NCBI GenBank assembly: GCA_963693365.1
Contig: CAVNZM010000003.1
Location: forward strand, 13,484,414-13,548,413
Direction: 5' to 3'
DNA from: Amoebidium appalachense
Taxonomy: Eukaryota > Protista > Ichthyosporea
DNA: 64,000 nt
Numbering within the stretch: the stretch's first letter is position 1; each line of letters begins with the position of its first letter. Shown piece after piece: positions 24,381 to 38,771 of this stretch. The notes below the pieces were generated by a model. That model saw nothing but the letters and a program-made list of their open reading frames with translations. It was not told the DNA's origin and did not search any database. The translations under genes and the position numbers were made by a program.

Positions 24381-25237
24381 TAAACCCTTGGCAAATTTCC
24401 TTGAAGCAGAAGTTGCCTCCTTTCTATCTAACTGTTGTAAACCTGGGCCTGTAACGCTCTCGATATATGGTCTGGTCCCAATAGCTGCTAGAGTATCCTA
24501 TCTCGCGCTGAAATTCAATAAGCACATAAGCCGCTTAAAGAAGTATTTGCCCTCCCACCCTCTCTTCTCTATCCGACCTGTCCCCTCCTCACCTCTCCCC
24601 TCTTTCCTCCCCTCTCTCTCCCCTTCTCCCCTGGGCACAAATACAAATAAACCCCGCAATAGTGTGTGTGTGACTTTGGACTGCCACTTACTTATTAAAC
24701 ATGTACACAATCACAAGATAATCACGCAATATAACAAATGGAAAAAGATACCACACGACACTAGACCCGATGAAAGCATACACCTTGAAAAACTAAGCCT
24801 TATGTCTCGTTTTATATATATTGACCGCCTCAACCATATTGCCAAATATGGCACTCGCAAGTGTATAACACCTAAATACATATTACCTTCCTGTAGAACT
24901 GGTCTTTCTCTAGCTGATGGTATTATTGATCAATTACCACGCTTTTACTGTACACGTGCTATACAGTGGAGATCTAATAAGTATAAGGTGGCATCATTTG
25001 CATGCCCAAACAACACACACACACACCAGTTTAACCGGTCATGTATCGCCAAATGTAGTTTGATAGACCACATAATACCGCAACACACACACGTCACATT
25101 CACAACAGACACCCAGAAAGATAGCCTACCTGTAAATTACAACATTCTTGATTTTATACTAAACACGCGTAACTACGACCTGTTTATTAGATGTATTGAT
25201 TGGCTTGAGAAACACATCACTACAAAATTATAGCGCA

Positions 25238-25302
<65 letters not shown>

Positions 25303-25366
25303 CCAGCTGATACCGAGTGTCCCGAGGGGAGCCCCTTTAAATAAATAAAAAAAAAAAAAAAAAAAA

Positions 25367-25405
<39 letters not shown>

Positions 25406-25627
25406 AAAAAAAAAAAAAAAAAAAAAAAAACGGGGAACCCCAACTAATTGATTTCTCCTTGTAGTCTTTATGGTGTCTCGTAGAGAAAGTAAACCCTGAT
25501 ATATAGTCACCACCCGACATCTATGTACGTGATCATGATATACCGCTGAGGGGATATTCCGAGCAAACCCCCCCCCCCCCCTACCTGAGACTGGTTCTCT
25601 TTGCCTCGAGTAAACAGCGTAAACCCC
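24381..25627 (+). mobile_element. 5'-truncated LINE copy inserted in the gypsy integrase
   Basis: ORF2 C-terminus (24388-25233), (CA)n, A-rich tract, 197-nt tail; removal restores integrase frame YKQEQEQ with no TSD. Confidence 0.9.
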
Positions 25628-26892
25628 TGCTTATATCTCTTTTTCCTAGTATGATCCCTAATTAAAACGAAAGTACCCTCGGCAAATTCACGTAACGGAC
25701 GTGTGGACACGTCTGCACGTGCCTGTGCCTGCTGTGTACGGGCCAGAGCTGCATCACGTGCAGCCCGGGCCCGGGTTAGGAGCTGCTCCCGGAACTCAGT
25801 CCAGTGGGGATAAGTTAGTCTGTCAGTCCCCCCCATCGGCAAAAGTGCCGTATCTAACAAACTAATAGCCTCCTGCCCATAGACCAAATAAAACGGAGAA
25901 AAACCAGTCACAGCATGAGGGGTAGAAATATACGAATGAGCAATAAACCTAGACATATGATCCCAATCATTAGCCTCCACATCAACCATTTTGCCAAAGG
26001 ACTTCTGAAAAACTGCATGCACACGTTCAGAGATGGCATTTGCTTGAGGGTGATATGCAGACGTAGTGATATGAGCTACCCTTATAATTTTACAAACCTC
26101 CGACACCAACTGATTTAAAAACACACGACTCCTATCCGTTAACAAAACACGAGGACAACCAAACCTAAGACAAATTTCATCCACAAAAATACGAGCAAAC
26201 AAAACGGCATTAGCAGTGGGGAGAGGAAAAACTTCAACCCAACGGGTGGCCACATCGGTGACGGTAACAAGAACAGTGTTACCCTCAACCGTAGAATTAA
26301 AAGGACCAACCACATCCACTGCTACCCGTTCAAACATACGAACATTAAAATCCCTAATAAACGACGGACGGGAATGAGAGTGGGGACTCTCATTCCTCTC
26401 CTGACAATGCATGCATGACAACACATAATCCCTCACCTCCCGACTCATACCCGGCCAAAAATACGAACGATTAACACGAAGTAACGTCCTATTTACACCT
26501 AAATGACCAGCCATGGGATGCTCATGCACCATATGCAAAACCTCAGGCACAAGTGCCGTCGGGACCCAAACTCGGTGTCCGTCTGGCCCAGAACAATGAT
26601 AAACTAAATCCTGCTCTACCTGACACATTTTTGCCAACTTAGCTACCTTAATCATCTGCCTTTTATTTTTAAATTTAATCGAATCAACCGGCCCCTTTAA
26701 ATACTTCTTAACCAGACCAATCAACACATCTTCCTCCTGAGCTAAGATCAAAGCCGTAGGTGCTAAGGCAGGGGCCGAGCCATGAGACTCGGTCCCGACC
26801 TCAGACACTGACAAATACCTCCCCCCCCCCTCCCCTACACTTATAAGCAAGCAACCCCGGAGCCCAAGAAGACACATCAACATACACAGCAT
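25628..26892 (-). pseudogene. Gypsy integrase (HHCC and DDE core)
   Basis: HEHPMAGH..CMHC, VDVVGPF, LTDRS, YHPQANAISER. Confidence 0.92.
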
Positions 26893-28143
26893 CTATTCCT
26901 TTCTGCTCACTCTCCCCCCCCTTCCCCCCCCCTCCCCCCCCCGTCTCTCACTAGCCCCCCCCTCCTCCTCCTTCTCTTCTTCAAACAAAATATAAGCAGC
27001 ACGAGAGAGAGCATCACAGTCAACCATTGTTTCACCCTTGGCATAAAACAGTTTATAGGAGAACTCACCGAGAGCCGCGGCCCACTTCTGCATCCTCTCG
27101 TTGACCAGACGAGTGGTGCCGGCCATGGCTAGGCAGGGCTTGTGGTCTGTGTAGACCTCGAACGTCCTGCCTGCGAGTATATACCTCCATGCCTGTGAGA
27201 CTGCCCAAGAGATAGCATGGGACTCTCTCTCCGGATTGCTATATCTACGTTCACTTTTACTAAATGAACGACTAGCATAAGCAATCACTCTATCCTGCCC
27301 CTCCTGCACTTGATATAACACTGCCCCCTCAGCAACCTTACTCGCATCACATCGAACTTTAAACATCCCCCCCCCGGCCGAAAAATCAGGATGAACAAGC
27401 ATACTCGAAGACTGCAAAGCTAACTTAAGCTTTTCGAAAGCAGAAACAGCATCAACATTCCAATCTATTCGATTCTTCTTCTCCCCCCCTGTCTGACTAG
27501 TTAACGGTAAAGCAAGCATACTATAATCCTTAATATAACGACGAAGATAATTAGTTAAACCTAAAAATTGCCTTAGTTGAGTGACAGTCTGAGGACGGGG
27601 CCACTCAACTATGGCCCGGATTTTCTCCGGATCAGGGGAAAGACCATTACTAGACACGATATGACCTAAAAACTTAACCTCCGGCACACCAATCACAGTC
27701 TTGCTACCGCTAATACGAAGACCAGACTCACCCAAAGCGAAAAATACTTTTTCACAATTATTAACTAACTCCTCAAACGACCTACCTTTAATTAAAGCAT
27801 CATCCAAATAAGGGTGGCATACATCCAAGTGAGGGTGGAGAATTTTATACATTACCCGGCACAACATAGCTGGAGAGGAGAGCAAACCCATCGGCACCAC
27901 CTTGTACTGGAACAGCTGGTCACCCAGTGCAAAGGCAGTCTTCTCCTTACTGCTCTCCTCCAACCTTATCTGCCAAAAAGCTGCTTTTAAATCAAGTTTA
28001 GCAAAGTGAGTATAGCCGTGCAGCTGTGAAAGCTGCTCGTCTATGTTAGGGAGAGGCCATTGGTCGGCCTTAGTGACCCGATTCAGAGCCCTGTAATCGT
28101 TCACTAGACGCCAAGACCCGTCGGGCTTCTTAACCAATAGCAC
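26893..28143 (-). pseudogene. pol: Gypsy RT and RNase H
   Basis: KKPDGSWRLVNDYRALN, KLDLKAAFWQI, YLDD, CDAS, YTDHKP. Confidence 0.95.
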
Positions 28144-28163
28144 CGGACTTCTCCACGGACTCG

Positions 28164-28532
28164 TTAAATAAGTTTCTTTATAGAGACAAACATAAATATA
28201 TATGTGAGTTAATAGTGACTAGATGTATAATTACTTAATTTATTTAAGTAAGAGTTTCTAAACTTTAGTTAAGTCAAAAGTTGGAATGCGTATGCTCTGT
28301 CGGAATGTGTTTTTCTATCTTCTGATAGAACCGATTGGTTCTCCCTCTTTAGTTGTGATAAGATGATAAGTCGCAAGTACAAAAGGAACCGAGAGCACAA
28401 TAAATAATCAGTTGTTGTTTGAATCTTTCAATGTCTCGTGAACAACTCCGATTGCCCTCTCATTAATGTGTTAGTCGTGTTTTACATGACACCTCTGTGC
28501 ACTCTGCTCCCTTAGACCCGTACAAAACAACA
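28164..28532 (+). repeat. Copia A 5' LTR (truncated), followed by PBS GGTTAAAGGCCC
   Basis: Ends CAACA; homologous to about 58947-59315. Confidence 0.88.
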
Positions 28533-28650
28533 GGTTAAAGGCCCATTTTCGCACGCTCTCGCAACACATACTCTCGCTGCAATTGAAAATATTCAAATTT
28601 GAATACCGATCTGATTCCTCTCTTGCGCATCATCTGACTGATTGATCACC

Positions 28651-31600
28651 ATGTCGGAGAAACCTGCGTATCTCAACCTCACCCCCTGGAAAGGGGATGA
28701 CACGACGGACAAGAAGTCCGGCAAACGTCTCACCTATTATGAGTGGGAACCCGTCATCTTCCGGTACCTACGTACTACCACCGCGGCCAAGTTAGTGCCC
28801 GTCATCAAGGCCTCCGAGTGGGTCGACCCTTCCGACGAGAACGAGTGGCATGGCTATGACACTGAGGAGGCCTACACCGAGGCTTCCAACTTCCTTGAAC
28901 AGATGTTTACTCAACTCGTCTCCAATGATGAGCTGTATAACTCTGGTCAAATCCACGATGATGTGTCACCTGCCCAAGCTTTCCACAACCTCCGTATGAC
29001 CTATGCGGCTGAACGTGAAGATCGTGCTCGTCAAATCCTCCTCGACTACCATGAGCTCGAACTCAAGGACTTCAAGACCGTCACGGCCTACCTCACCATG
29101 GCACGCCGTCTGTGCACTACCCTGCACATCCTCGAAAAGCCCATTCCCCAAAAGACCATGGTTGATAACTTCTTCATCCACCTCAAGAAGAACCGTAAGT
29201 TAGTTTGTTCCGACATCCAGGCCATGATTGCCGACTACTTCCGTCGTACCATCAACTACGAGACCTACAACCGTCTAATCAGTGACATCCGAGCTGCAGA
29301 GATCCGTGAAGGTCTCATCGACTCTGGGTCCGGGTCCTCCTCCTCCGTCCGAACAGCATGTGCCCTGCAAAGCCGTGTCCTCACCAAGGACGACCTCAGA
29401 CACCGGATTCCCCGACGTGACAGCTCCGTCTCCCGTCACCCCCGTGGTCGTCCCATCGATCGATCCCCCTCAGTTGACCGTGATTACTCCCGGTCCCGTT
29501 CCCCCGGCCATCGTTCCCGGTCACCCTACCCCCCACGTAAAGGGGGTAACCGTCCTTCCCAGCCACCCAGAGCCAAGACCACTGGCTCCATCGACTGTGC
29601 CTACTGTCACGAAGACCATCATGTCACACAGTGTGACAAACCTGGCTGCTCAATAGCCCGTCGTCACCGTGCCAGCACCAAGTCTGGTAAAGAGGTGCAT
29701 TTTGCCCTCGTGTCCACCACGGCCTCCCTACCCATGGACCCCTGCTGGGACTCGGCTTCAAACGTCCACGTGTGCCCAGTAAAGGAGTACTTCTCTACTC
29801 TTGAGCCGTGCCCCCCGACTGACGTCCACGGCCTCGGCATAGTCACTGCACATCACCGTGGTGTCATCAACCTGGCCGTCACCTACAACGGAGTAACATC
29901 AGTACTGAGCCTAAACACCCTCTACGTACCCGACTCCCCAGCCTTCCTGATTTCACCCTCAATGGCCTCCAAGTCAGGTCTCCTAGCCCACCTCGATGAT
30001 GAGGATGCATTCCCATCCTACCTCTACACTCGTGGTGGCAACATCGTGTGTTCCCTCACAGGCACAGATGGACTGTACTTCATCACCGACTATGAGATAC
30101 GTCCCTCCATCCCTCGGTCCGTCACTGCTCTGGTAGCCAACGTCAAGGTCAACAATGATCCCCAGCTCTGGCACCACCGTCTCGGCCATCGTGCCCTGTC
30201 CACCCTCACCAAGATGGTGAGAGGTGACCTCGTGACAGGCCTCCCCTCATCCCTCTCAGTGGCTGACACCACTGACTGCTTCGGTTGTGTCTCCGGCAAG
30301 ACCACCAAGGCCCCATTCTCCGGCACCAGAACCCAGTGCCCCTTCCCCGGTGCCAAGTGGCACATGGACTTCTTCGAGCCTCCCTGTGCTTCCTATGGTG
30401 GCTACAAGGTGGCCCTCGTGTGTACCTGTGATGCCTCCGGCTACACCATCGTGTACCTCCTCCGTGATCGATCCGAAACTCTCGAATACGTCAAGGCCCT
30501 GGTTGAGACTATTGACAAGCAACCCGACAAGGTGGTGACCCACTTCCGTTCCGACTCTGGGTCCGAGTTCACCTCCCATGCTATGGAGCAGTACTGCCAG
30601 TCCAAGGGCCTCATTCAGGAATTTGCCCCGGTTGACTGCCCCCAACTCAACGGCTTCGTTGAACGTAAGATGAGGGATCTGCAGGAGATCGTTCGGTGCT
30701 TCCTTCACCAGGACAAGGCCGACTCCCTTTCCCCCAAGCTGTGGGGAGCTGCTCTCAAGCATGCTGCCTACATCATCAACGTAACCCCGGCCAGAGCTGC
30801 CAATGGCCGTACACCGTTTGAAATTTTCTACGGTGTCAAGCCTGACATCTCCCACTTGCACGTGTTCGGCTGCCCAGCCTATGTACACATCCCTGCATCA
30901 AAACGAGACAAGTTGGCCTCTACCGTCAAACTCGGCACCTACGTGGGCTGGGACATCACCAACAAAGCTCACAAGATCATGAATCTACGTGGCAACATGG
31001 TCCACATCTACCGCGATGTCGTCTTCGACGAATCACAATTCACCACGGCATCCAATCAGATTTCTGTGCAGGCCACCAATCAGACGACCTCAATCGCTCC
31101 ATCCCTGCATTCCGTAGATTCCAATTCCGATGACGATGAAATCCCATCGGTGATTCTCCGTCGTTCCCCCCGTCGTGTGCCTGCCCCCGTGGCTCCACCC
31201 ACCCCCCCCCCACCGGCCAGCAACCCCTGCTGCCGGCCCCTGCCGTCAATGACCACGTCCCTGGTCATCTCACCCCGGTTCGTCCTGGGTCTCCGGAGTT
31301 CCACTCGGCCCCGTCCAGCCCCGTGTTATCCGACTCCCCCCTCAACTCGGCACCCATCCTTGGCTTCCAGGCCCCCATACCCGACCACCGAGTGTCTGTC
31401 CCAGCCACCCCTCCGGCCCCTGAGCCCCTCCGTACCGTCCCCCGTCGTTCCTCCCGTCTCTCCTCCCGGCCTGCCACGGCTATGGTGAGCATCTCCCGCC
31501 CCAGCCTTGATGTGTCTCAGCTGCCCCGGTCAATTCAGAAGCTGTGCTCCGGCACCAAGGGTGATGAAGTGGTGACTGCCCTCACTGCCGAGTACAGGGC

Positions 31601-31840
31601 TTTCATCGACAAGGACATCTTCGACGTAGTTGAGCCCCCCTCCGATGCCAACATCATCCGATTCAAGTGGATTGTCACGGAGAAGTTACTCAACTCTGCT
31701 GGTGACACCAAGATCAAGGGTTGTGGTGTGGCCAAGGGTTTCACCCAAGTCTACGGTGTTGACTACGGTGACAACTCTTCCCCCGTCGTCATGTCTTCCT
31801 CCGTCCGTGCCCTGCTTGCCCTCGGTGTGCAACAGGACCA
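28651..31840 (+). pseudogene. gag-pol: Copia A gag-pol (gag, PR, IN, start of RT)
   Basis: CAYCHEDHHVTQC, WDSASNVH, WHHRLGH..CFGC, RSDSGSEF, PQLNGFVER, VAKGFTQVYGVDY; frameshift near 31200. Confidence 0.92.
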
Positions 31841-32978
31841 CATCAGCAAACTTCCCGGAAGTATTGCCAACGTATTTTTGCTATTGGCGCTATTGGCGAT
31901 ATTGGCAATAGAACCCCTTGCCGCCAATAGGAACGCCATATTGCAATAATATTGCTTTGGTATTGTCAATGGTAATACAGTACCAATACCCTCTATTGTC
32001 GATATCCCGCTGATATGAATATATTATCCAGTATATGTTACATCAATATCGCCAATACATTAGAGTGCCATTACATTGCCATTGCATTACTATTGCGCTA
32101 GCATTATAGACGTATTGCCAATATCAATTATACCCGGGCGATATTACAATAACAACCAAATAATATCAAAAATAAGATAAGAAATTCCTCAATTTATTCA
32201 ATTATTCATGAATACAAAATTTAAATATCAGAAACATATAAACAATGTATTGCCAACATATGATCCAACTATAATCAATATATAAATGCGGTATCGCCGA
32301 TAGGTTGCTTATATATCGTGAGTATATTGATGACATCTATGAAAACTACTCCGGGACGTGTGTTGCCTCTAGGGGGACATCCCCTTGGACGAGGGGCCCC
32401 CAGTCATCAATTTATTGATCCGTGAGGTCCTTGTGCCCAAAAAACGGGGGAAGTCTTCGCCCCGTGAAAAAACAGCACGTATGTGGGGATCAATGGGGGT
32501 TGAGTGTAGGGTGTAGGTGGGTGGGTGAAAAGAAAATATAGCTGTAAAGCTGTAGGTGCTAAACACAGAAGATGTGTTGTTGCCTGCTGATCTGCTAAAA
32601 ACTGTCGTGCTTATATACCTACGGCTACCGAACTGAGCCAATCAAAACCGATCTAGTGTTATGTGAAATCTTATCCTGAGCCAATCAGACTCGGTCTAGT
32701 GATCTGTGGAATCTGATGTTTTGATCGGCTAATAGGTGCCCGTATGCGGGCAGCCGAACGCGAACTGCTAAAACATGAAACAAAGCCTGTTGATATCGGA
32801 CACCCATCCTACGTGTTTACCCAGAAAAATATTTATGTCAATAATTTCCACAAATAAAACCTCTATGAAAACTACTCCGGGACGTGTGTTGCCTCTAGGG
32901 GGACATCCCCTTGGACGAAAGTGAACCTGCAATGGTTGTAAACCACGGCACGAGAGCAGCATGCTTGCTCCAAAGGTT

Positions 32979-34012
32979 TCACTTAAGAATAGAGGCGAAT
33001 ACACGTGTGGTAGTGGCAGCAATGGAGGCCGGACGAAGTCGTGTATAGATCAGGAAACAGTCGGAGGACCACCAGTGCCGAGTTGTTTGATCCGGGAGTC
33101 GTCGACCCCGGCCTCAGCCAGTGCTGTGGCCCCCCCGATGCGGAGGCTGTGTCCGGCAAACCGGGAGGGTGAGAGGCCTGCCCGGGAGAGGAGGGCACGG
33201 AAGTCGGCAGAGAAAGCACTCTTGGTGTAGGGGATGCCACCGAGACTGAAGAGGGGGTCGTCGGGTTGACCGGACGTTGTATGCAGGAACTGCCGGAGGA
33301 GATGGGCTGGGGAGAAATGGGTGAGGGGCAGGGCAGCTAGAGTGACGTTGACACCTCGGGCCTGTACATCCGTCTTAGAGGTTGGCAGGTGGAGGGTGGC
33401 ATGGGACAAAGTACCGGTGGGGGTGTAGGTGAAGGTCACGTCTTTCCGTTTAACGTGACGGGACGGGTTGAAAGAAGTCAGGGTCTTGGAGGTAAATTCC
33501 CCTGAACGGAGGAGACCACAGAAACCGACGATGAGGGCTGTCCATAGCCGGAGATTGGCCGAGGAGGCCTTTGTGGGGCACTGGCCATGAAGTAGGCTGA
33601 GGTGGGAGGGCAGGAGGGGTTCCCTGGTTGATGAGCGGGGTCGGATGTTGTGAGAAAGCTGCCATCTGCCCACCCCCCGTAGGAACCAGGCCAGAGACTT
33701 GTCGTGGGGGTAGGGAGCAGGGAGGCCCATGTCGAGGTGGAGCCTGGTGATGGCCGAATTGTAGCCGGTTAAGGAAGAGGCCTGTACCCCTCGTTGGGCA
33801 CACCAGGCGAGAAAAAGTTGCACGGTGTGTGGGGAGGCCGGGAGGGAGGACCCGGAGGGGGATTGCAGCCGAGATGCCACACAGAAATCAATGAACACTT
33901 TCTGCACCCGGGAGTAAAAGGCCCGAGAGTCGAGGTTGAGACTCAGGGCCTGGCATTCCTGCAGGGTAGTGGTGGCTCGAAGCAGCTCGGCCGGAGCAAA
34001 GTGGGGGGCCAA
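32979..34012 (-). pseudogene. Tyrosine recombinase (frameshift near 33070)
   Basis: GLLRSGEF, TSKTD, GHSLRIG. Confidence 0.9.
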
Positions 34013-34069
34013 TCTGCCAGCGTTGCTCCGGAACGGGAGATCTGGGGGGGGGGGGGGGGGGGGGGGGGG

Positions 34070-35752
34070 TTAGCCCAAGGGAAGGGATAGGAACTCGTGG
34101 ACCCAGGAGGGGAAGGGGCAGGGCTCCGGTTGCAGGGAAGGTCGGAGTCGTCGGGCCCGGGGAAGTTGGTTACGAGAAATGGCATCGGCCAGATGGTTGA
34201 GGGGTCCTGGTAGGTAGGATGCCTGTAACGTAAATTGGTATTGCATTTCCATGCGGGTGATGAACCGAATAAGTTTGGCCATCACGGGGTGGGGGGAAGA
34301 CCGGGAGTGTAGGTCAGACACAGCACCCGTGTTGTCGCATAAAATACGGACATGGTGGGTGGACCAGGAGGGGGCCCAGAGGGCCACGGCGGCTGCGATG
34401 GCCAGGAGTTCAATGACGGAAGAACCGAGTTTACCCTCATGAGCATAGAGGGCTTGGGTGGAGGGGGACCAGGGCATGAAGAACCATTGGTCGAGCCAGT
34501 GGCCTCCTAGACCCACCGATCCGGCAGCATCGGTGGCCAGGGTGGTGTATGTGGGGGGTGTGATGAGGTGCACCCCATTCCATGATGTGAGGAACTGGTG
34601 CCATTCGGCTATGTCGGCCCGGGCGGCAGCAGTCAGTCGTATGTGGTGGTGGCCGGCAAGGTGTGGGTGGGTCCGGAGAAGGGCCCATAGGCGCTGGGAG
34701 AAGGCCCTCCCGGGGGGAACCAGCTGGGCACACCAGGTGAGTTTGCCGAGGAGGGACTGGAGGTCCCGAATGGTGATGGTGGGCTTTGGGTGGGAAGTGA
34801 GGTCGAGTAGGTCCGAGAGCTTGGAAGCCGGGATTCGTGCCTCCATGGTGATGGAGTCGAATTCGATACCGATGAAGACGACACGGGTAGCCGGGCCCTG
34901 CATCTTGTCTTCGGAGATGGCAATGTGCAGCTCTCGGCAGAGTTGCAGGAAGGTGGATAGGTGACGTTGGCACTGCTCTTGTGTGGGGGCGACTATAATC
35001 CAGTCGTCTACGTAGTGGCGGATGAGGGTAATACCGTGCTGGTGTGCCAGCCACTGTAGGGTGGCCGCGATCCGTTCCCAGATGGCTGGGCTAGATTTCA
35101 GGCCGAAGGGCAGTCTGGTTTCAACGTAAAAATGCCCCAACCATTTGAATGCCATTAAGTGATGGTCTTCTGGTCGGATGGGCATGTGCCGGAAGGCAGC
35201 CTGCACATCTGCCACGGCCATGTAGCAGCCGGGGCCTGCGTCGAGAATGAGCTGGGTGACGTCCCGGGCGCGAATGTACTGAAGTTTGTCGGGGTAGGTG
35301 ATGCTGTCATTGACACTGCTACCCCGGGGCCAGGAGAGGTGGTGGATTCGACGGTACTTGGGGGGGTTCCCTTTCTTGGTAACGGCGCCGATGGGGGAGG
35401 AACGGTGGACCGGAAATTCGTCAAAGAATTGGGCCGGGGAGAGGGGGCCGCGCAGGTGGCCGAGGGCGACTTCTTTGGCAATATCCGCCGTGATAGCGGA
35501 AGCTGCCTCCGGGGTGGTGGGTAGGTTGGGGCCCACCCGAGAGGTGGAGGGCCCGCGATAGCCGATGTCGACACCGAATTCGACATCGTGGAGGAGTTGT
35601 GCGGCGAATGATTGGTCTGGGTAGGAGGCCAGCAGTTCCCGGAGGCGGGAGGTGTCAATGCGGTGCTGGGGCAGCGGGCGGGCCTCCGGGTCTGAGCCTC
35701 GGGGGAAGGGGTGGTTAGCAAGGGTGGGGCACCCTCGGGGAGATCCCGGCAG

Positions 35753-35802
<50 letters not shown>

Positions 35803-35918
35803 CAGGGCCCCGGGGGGGTTAGGGTAGGGCAGCTGGGCCCGAGTGAAGGTTGGCAGGGAGGGCAGCGGGGCCCTGTGCAGGGGAATGTGCCCGAGCACGC
35901 GGGGGTGTGGGCGGACAC
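34070..35918 (-). CDS. pol: Ngaro RT/RNase H
   Basis: 488-aa open core with YVDD and RNase H; N-terminus shifts frame at C-runs. Confidence 0.92.
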
Positions 35919-36196
35919 AGAGGTAGAAGAAGGGGGGGGGGAGGGAGTGCTAGGTGAGTGTAAGGGGGGGGGAGGCTCGTGGGATGGGGGGGGGGATTAA
36001 ATTTATGTGCAGTGGCCAGAATAAACGTCTTTGTGTAGGGACATTTATTCTTGACGCGCGCGGGCGCCGTAGTTTGGCCTGCGAAATTTTGTACTCAGCC
36101 CTATGGGCCCGTTCTCCCGAGCTCCGTTTCCCTGTACTCGTGTGTCCTAGCTCCTAACCCCTATGTTCTAGCTGTGTGTGTGGGTGTGCGCGTAGA

Positions 36197-37367
36197 CTAG
36201 GCATTGTGTTTGCAGTCTTTGCGGGGGTGTGTGCCAGAGCAGAGCGGGCACACGTGGGAGAAGGGGCAGGGCTGCTTAGCGCAGGACCGACCGTTAATGT
36301 GGAAATTCCTGCAGTGCGTCGCGGGTAGATCCACGGGTCGGGCCGGTTTTGCCGGGCCGGGTTGCGGGCCAGGGCGGTTAGGGGTTTGACCCCCCGCCGG
36401 GCTTGTGGGGCGGCTTAAAGCCGTCAAGACCACAGCCGGGCTTGGGGTACATGGGGCAGGCCGCGCTGGGGTGGTCAGGGAAGCCACAGCGCTGACATGC
36501 GTCCGGGATGAGCAGAGTGGGTGGCCAGAGGAGATCCTGGTGGAGTTGGGCGAGCAGGTTGGGACACTCGATCGGAGCCCGACCCTGCTGGTGGGCAACG
36601 GTTCGGGCGTATACGTCATAGTTGTGGATCTGGGCCCACGGGTATCGGGTGCTGAGGCGAGTGATGTGCTGAGTCCAAAGTACGTCTTTGTCCGTGGGGA
36701 GGCCGAGGTGGTGCTTGGCGGCCATGTAATGGGTCCAAGCCTGGATCCAAATGACGAGTGAACGCAGGGGAACGGGTTTGTCTTGGCGAAAAGTCTCGAT
36801 GCTGCCGTCGTCGGCCATGCGCAGATGCTGACCTTTCTTGGATGGGGCCAGGAGGGCGGCGGGGGTGAACTTATACAGGTCGACGAAACGATTGGCGCGC
36901 AAATCTGCCAGCACATCCGCGGGGGGAAGCGGGAGTGTGCCCGGCTGAATGTCGCCAGTGTTCTCACCTGTGATGGGGGGCGCGGGCAGGGCAGGTAGGT
37001 CTAGGTCAGGGCCGAGATGCAGCCCCGGGGAAACCTCCCCGGGTGCGGAGGGCGCGGAGGGGGGCGCGGGAGGGTCGCGGTTGGTGAGAGCAGCCAGGAC
37101 GCCAGCCATCTGGGTGCTGATGGCGGTAAGGGCGGCAAGGACGGCGTCTTGAGAAGTCATCTGCGGGGACGGCGGGGCCTGAGGGGGGACTTCAGGAGGG
37201 GAGGGGAGACTAGCCGGCGGGTCCGGGTCCGAGGTGGTCTGGGCCGCTGGAGGCGCGTCAGTGTCCGCGGGAGCGTTGGCCAGCCTGTGGCGGAGGTCGC
37301 TGCGGGTCAGGCGCTTGGGTGCCGCGGCAGGGGCGGTGGCTGAGGCCTGGCGCTTTTTCGGCGGCAT
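36197..37367 (-). CDS. gag: Ngaro gag-like ORF (one frameshift)
   Basis: MPPKKRQ start, CQRCGFPDHPSAAC knuckle, C-terminal zinc fingers. Confidence 0.85.
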
Positions 37368-38533
37368 GCTGACCGGCGTACGGAAAGATAGGGAGAGTGA
37401 AAAGAAAATATAGCTGTAAAGCTGTAGGTGCTAAACACAGAAGATGTGTTGTTGCCTGCTGATCTGCTAAAAACTGTCGTGCTTATATACCTACGGCTAC
37501 CGAACTGAGCCAATCAAAACCGATCTAGTGTTATGTGAAATCTTATCCTGAGCCAATCAGACTCGGTCTAGTGATCTGTGGAATCTGATGTTTTGATCGG
37601 CTAATAGGTGCCCGTATGCGGGCAGCCGAACGCGAACTGCTAAAACATGAAACAAAGCCTGTTGATATCGGACACCCATCCTACGTGTTTACCCAGAAAA
37701 ATATTTATGTCAATAATTTCCACAAATAAAACCTAAACAGAGGTATGATTAATACACTCCCAACACATTACAAATAAGAAATATGTAAGTATGTTCCATA
37801 TCAAGCATATATTGCCAACATACGAATGATACCACCACCATAAAGATATAAGTGTTGATAATGCATTACATATATATTATAAATATCACACTATATTATC
37901 CAAATACATTGCCAATAAATTGATAATGGGAACGAATGCATGCAAAGTACAGTATAAGTGCGCTTATAATATGAAAGGCATATCGGAGTAACGTCTTATA
38001 TCTAAGAATAATACGTATGACGAACATTGCCAATGTATTAATAATAACTTTATTGATACCTCAATCACATGCTCAATATATTGGCAATATGCACACGGTA
38101 CGGTAAGCACAGCCCCATGATCATTGTCAATGAATTGCCAATGTATTGCACCATGTCGACATCCATACGTGTTCCGTATGGTCACTTTATTAACTTCGGT
38201 TGGATAGTGGCATCAAGCACACAAGTAAACAACACAACTAATATACCACCCCAGGTGGCATCCTACAGCACACAAGTTAACAACACAACTAACATACCAC
38301 CCCAGGTGGCATCCATTCTCTACTATCTACTTTATCTCGCATCTCGTATCAACATTACTCTTATGCAAAAAAAAAATACCAAAAAGAATCATGACAAAAA
38401 AAGAAGAAAAAAGAAGAAAAAAGAAAAAGAAAACTACCGCACAAGCACAACAGGCTGGGCTGGGGCAACACAGAAACGAAAAACGGAAACAACAGCAGCC
38501 ATAGGACAAAGAGCCGGTACCCACCTCTAGAGT

Positions 38534-38735
38534 GGCAAAAAAAGAGTCGACAGAACAAACCTCAAACATAGTAAGGACGGAAACCCGGACCAGAACTTAT
38601 GAAGTCTAGAGAAGCAGTAAATAGCTTGAACGACTGGTGGAGGGGATGATAGCTATAGTGCTAACAGCAAAAGTAGTGCCCACAGTCGCTGGTTCATCAA
38701 CGTGAAAAGGCAACGTGCATCTGCAGCCAGCAGGC

Positions 38736-38771
<36 letters not shown>

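Larger units (their letters stand above)
22844..28163 (-). mobile_element. 5'-truncated chromovirus-type Ty3/gypsy retrotransposon
   Basis: RT-RH-IN-chromodomain order, PPT and 3' LTR. Confidence 0.92.
32336..37733 (-). mobile_element. Ngaro copy 2 (diverged repeat-A subfamily)
   Basis: A1-gag-RT/RH-YR-B1-A2-spacer-B2; canonical ends; no TSD. Confidence 0.93.

Noticed and set aside
25431-25627. Hammerhead ribozyme or tRNA-derived SINE in the LINE tail
   Set aside because: No CTGATGA core or convincing A/B boxes seen on either strand
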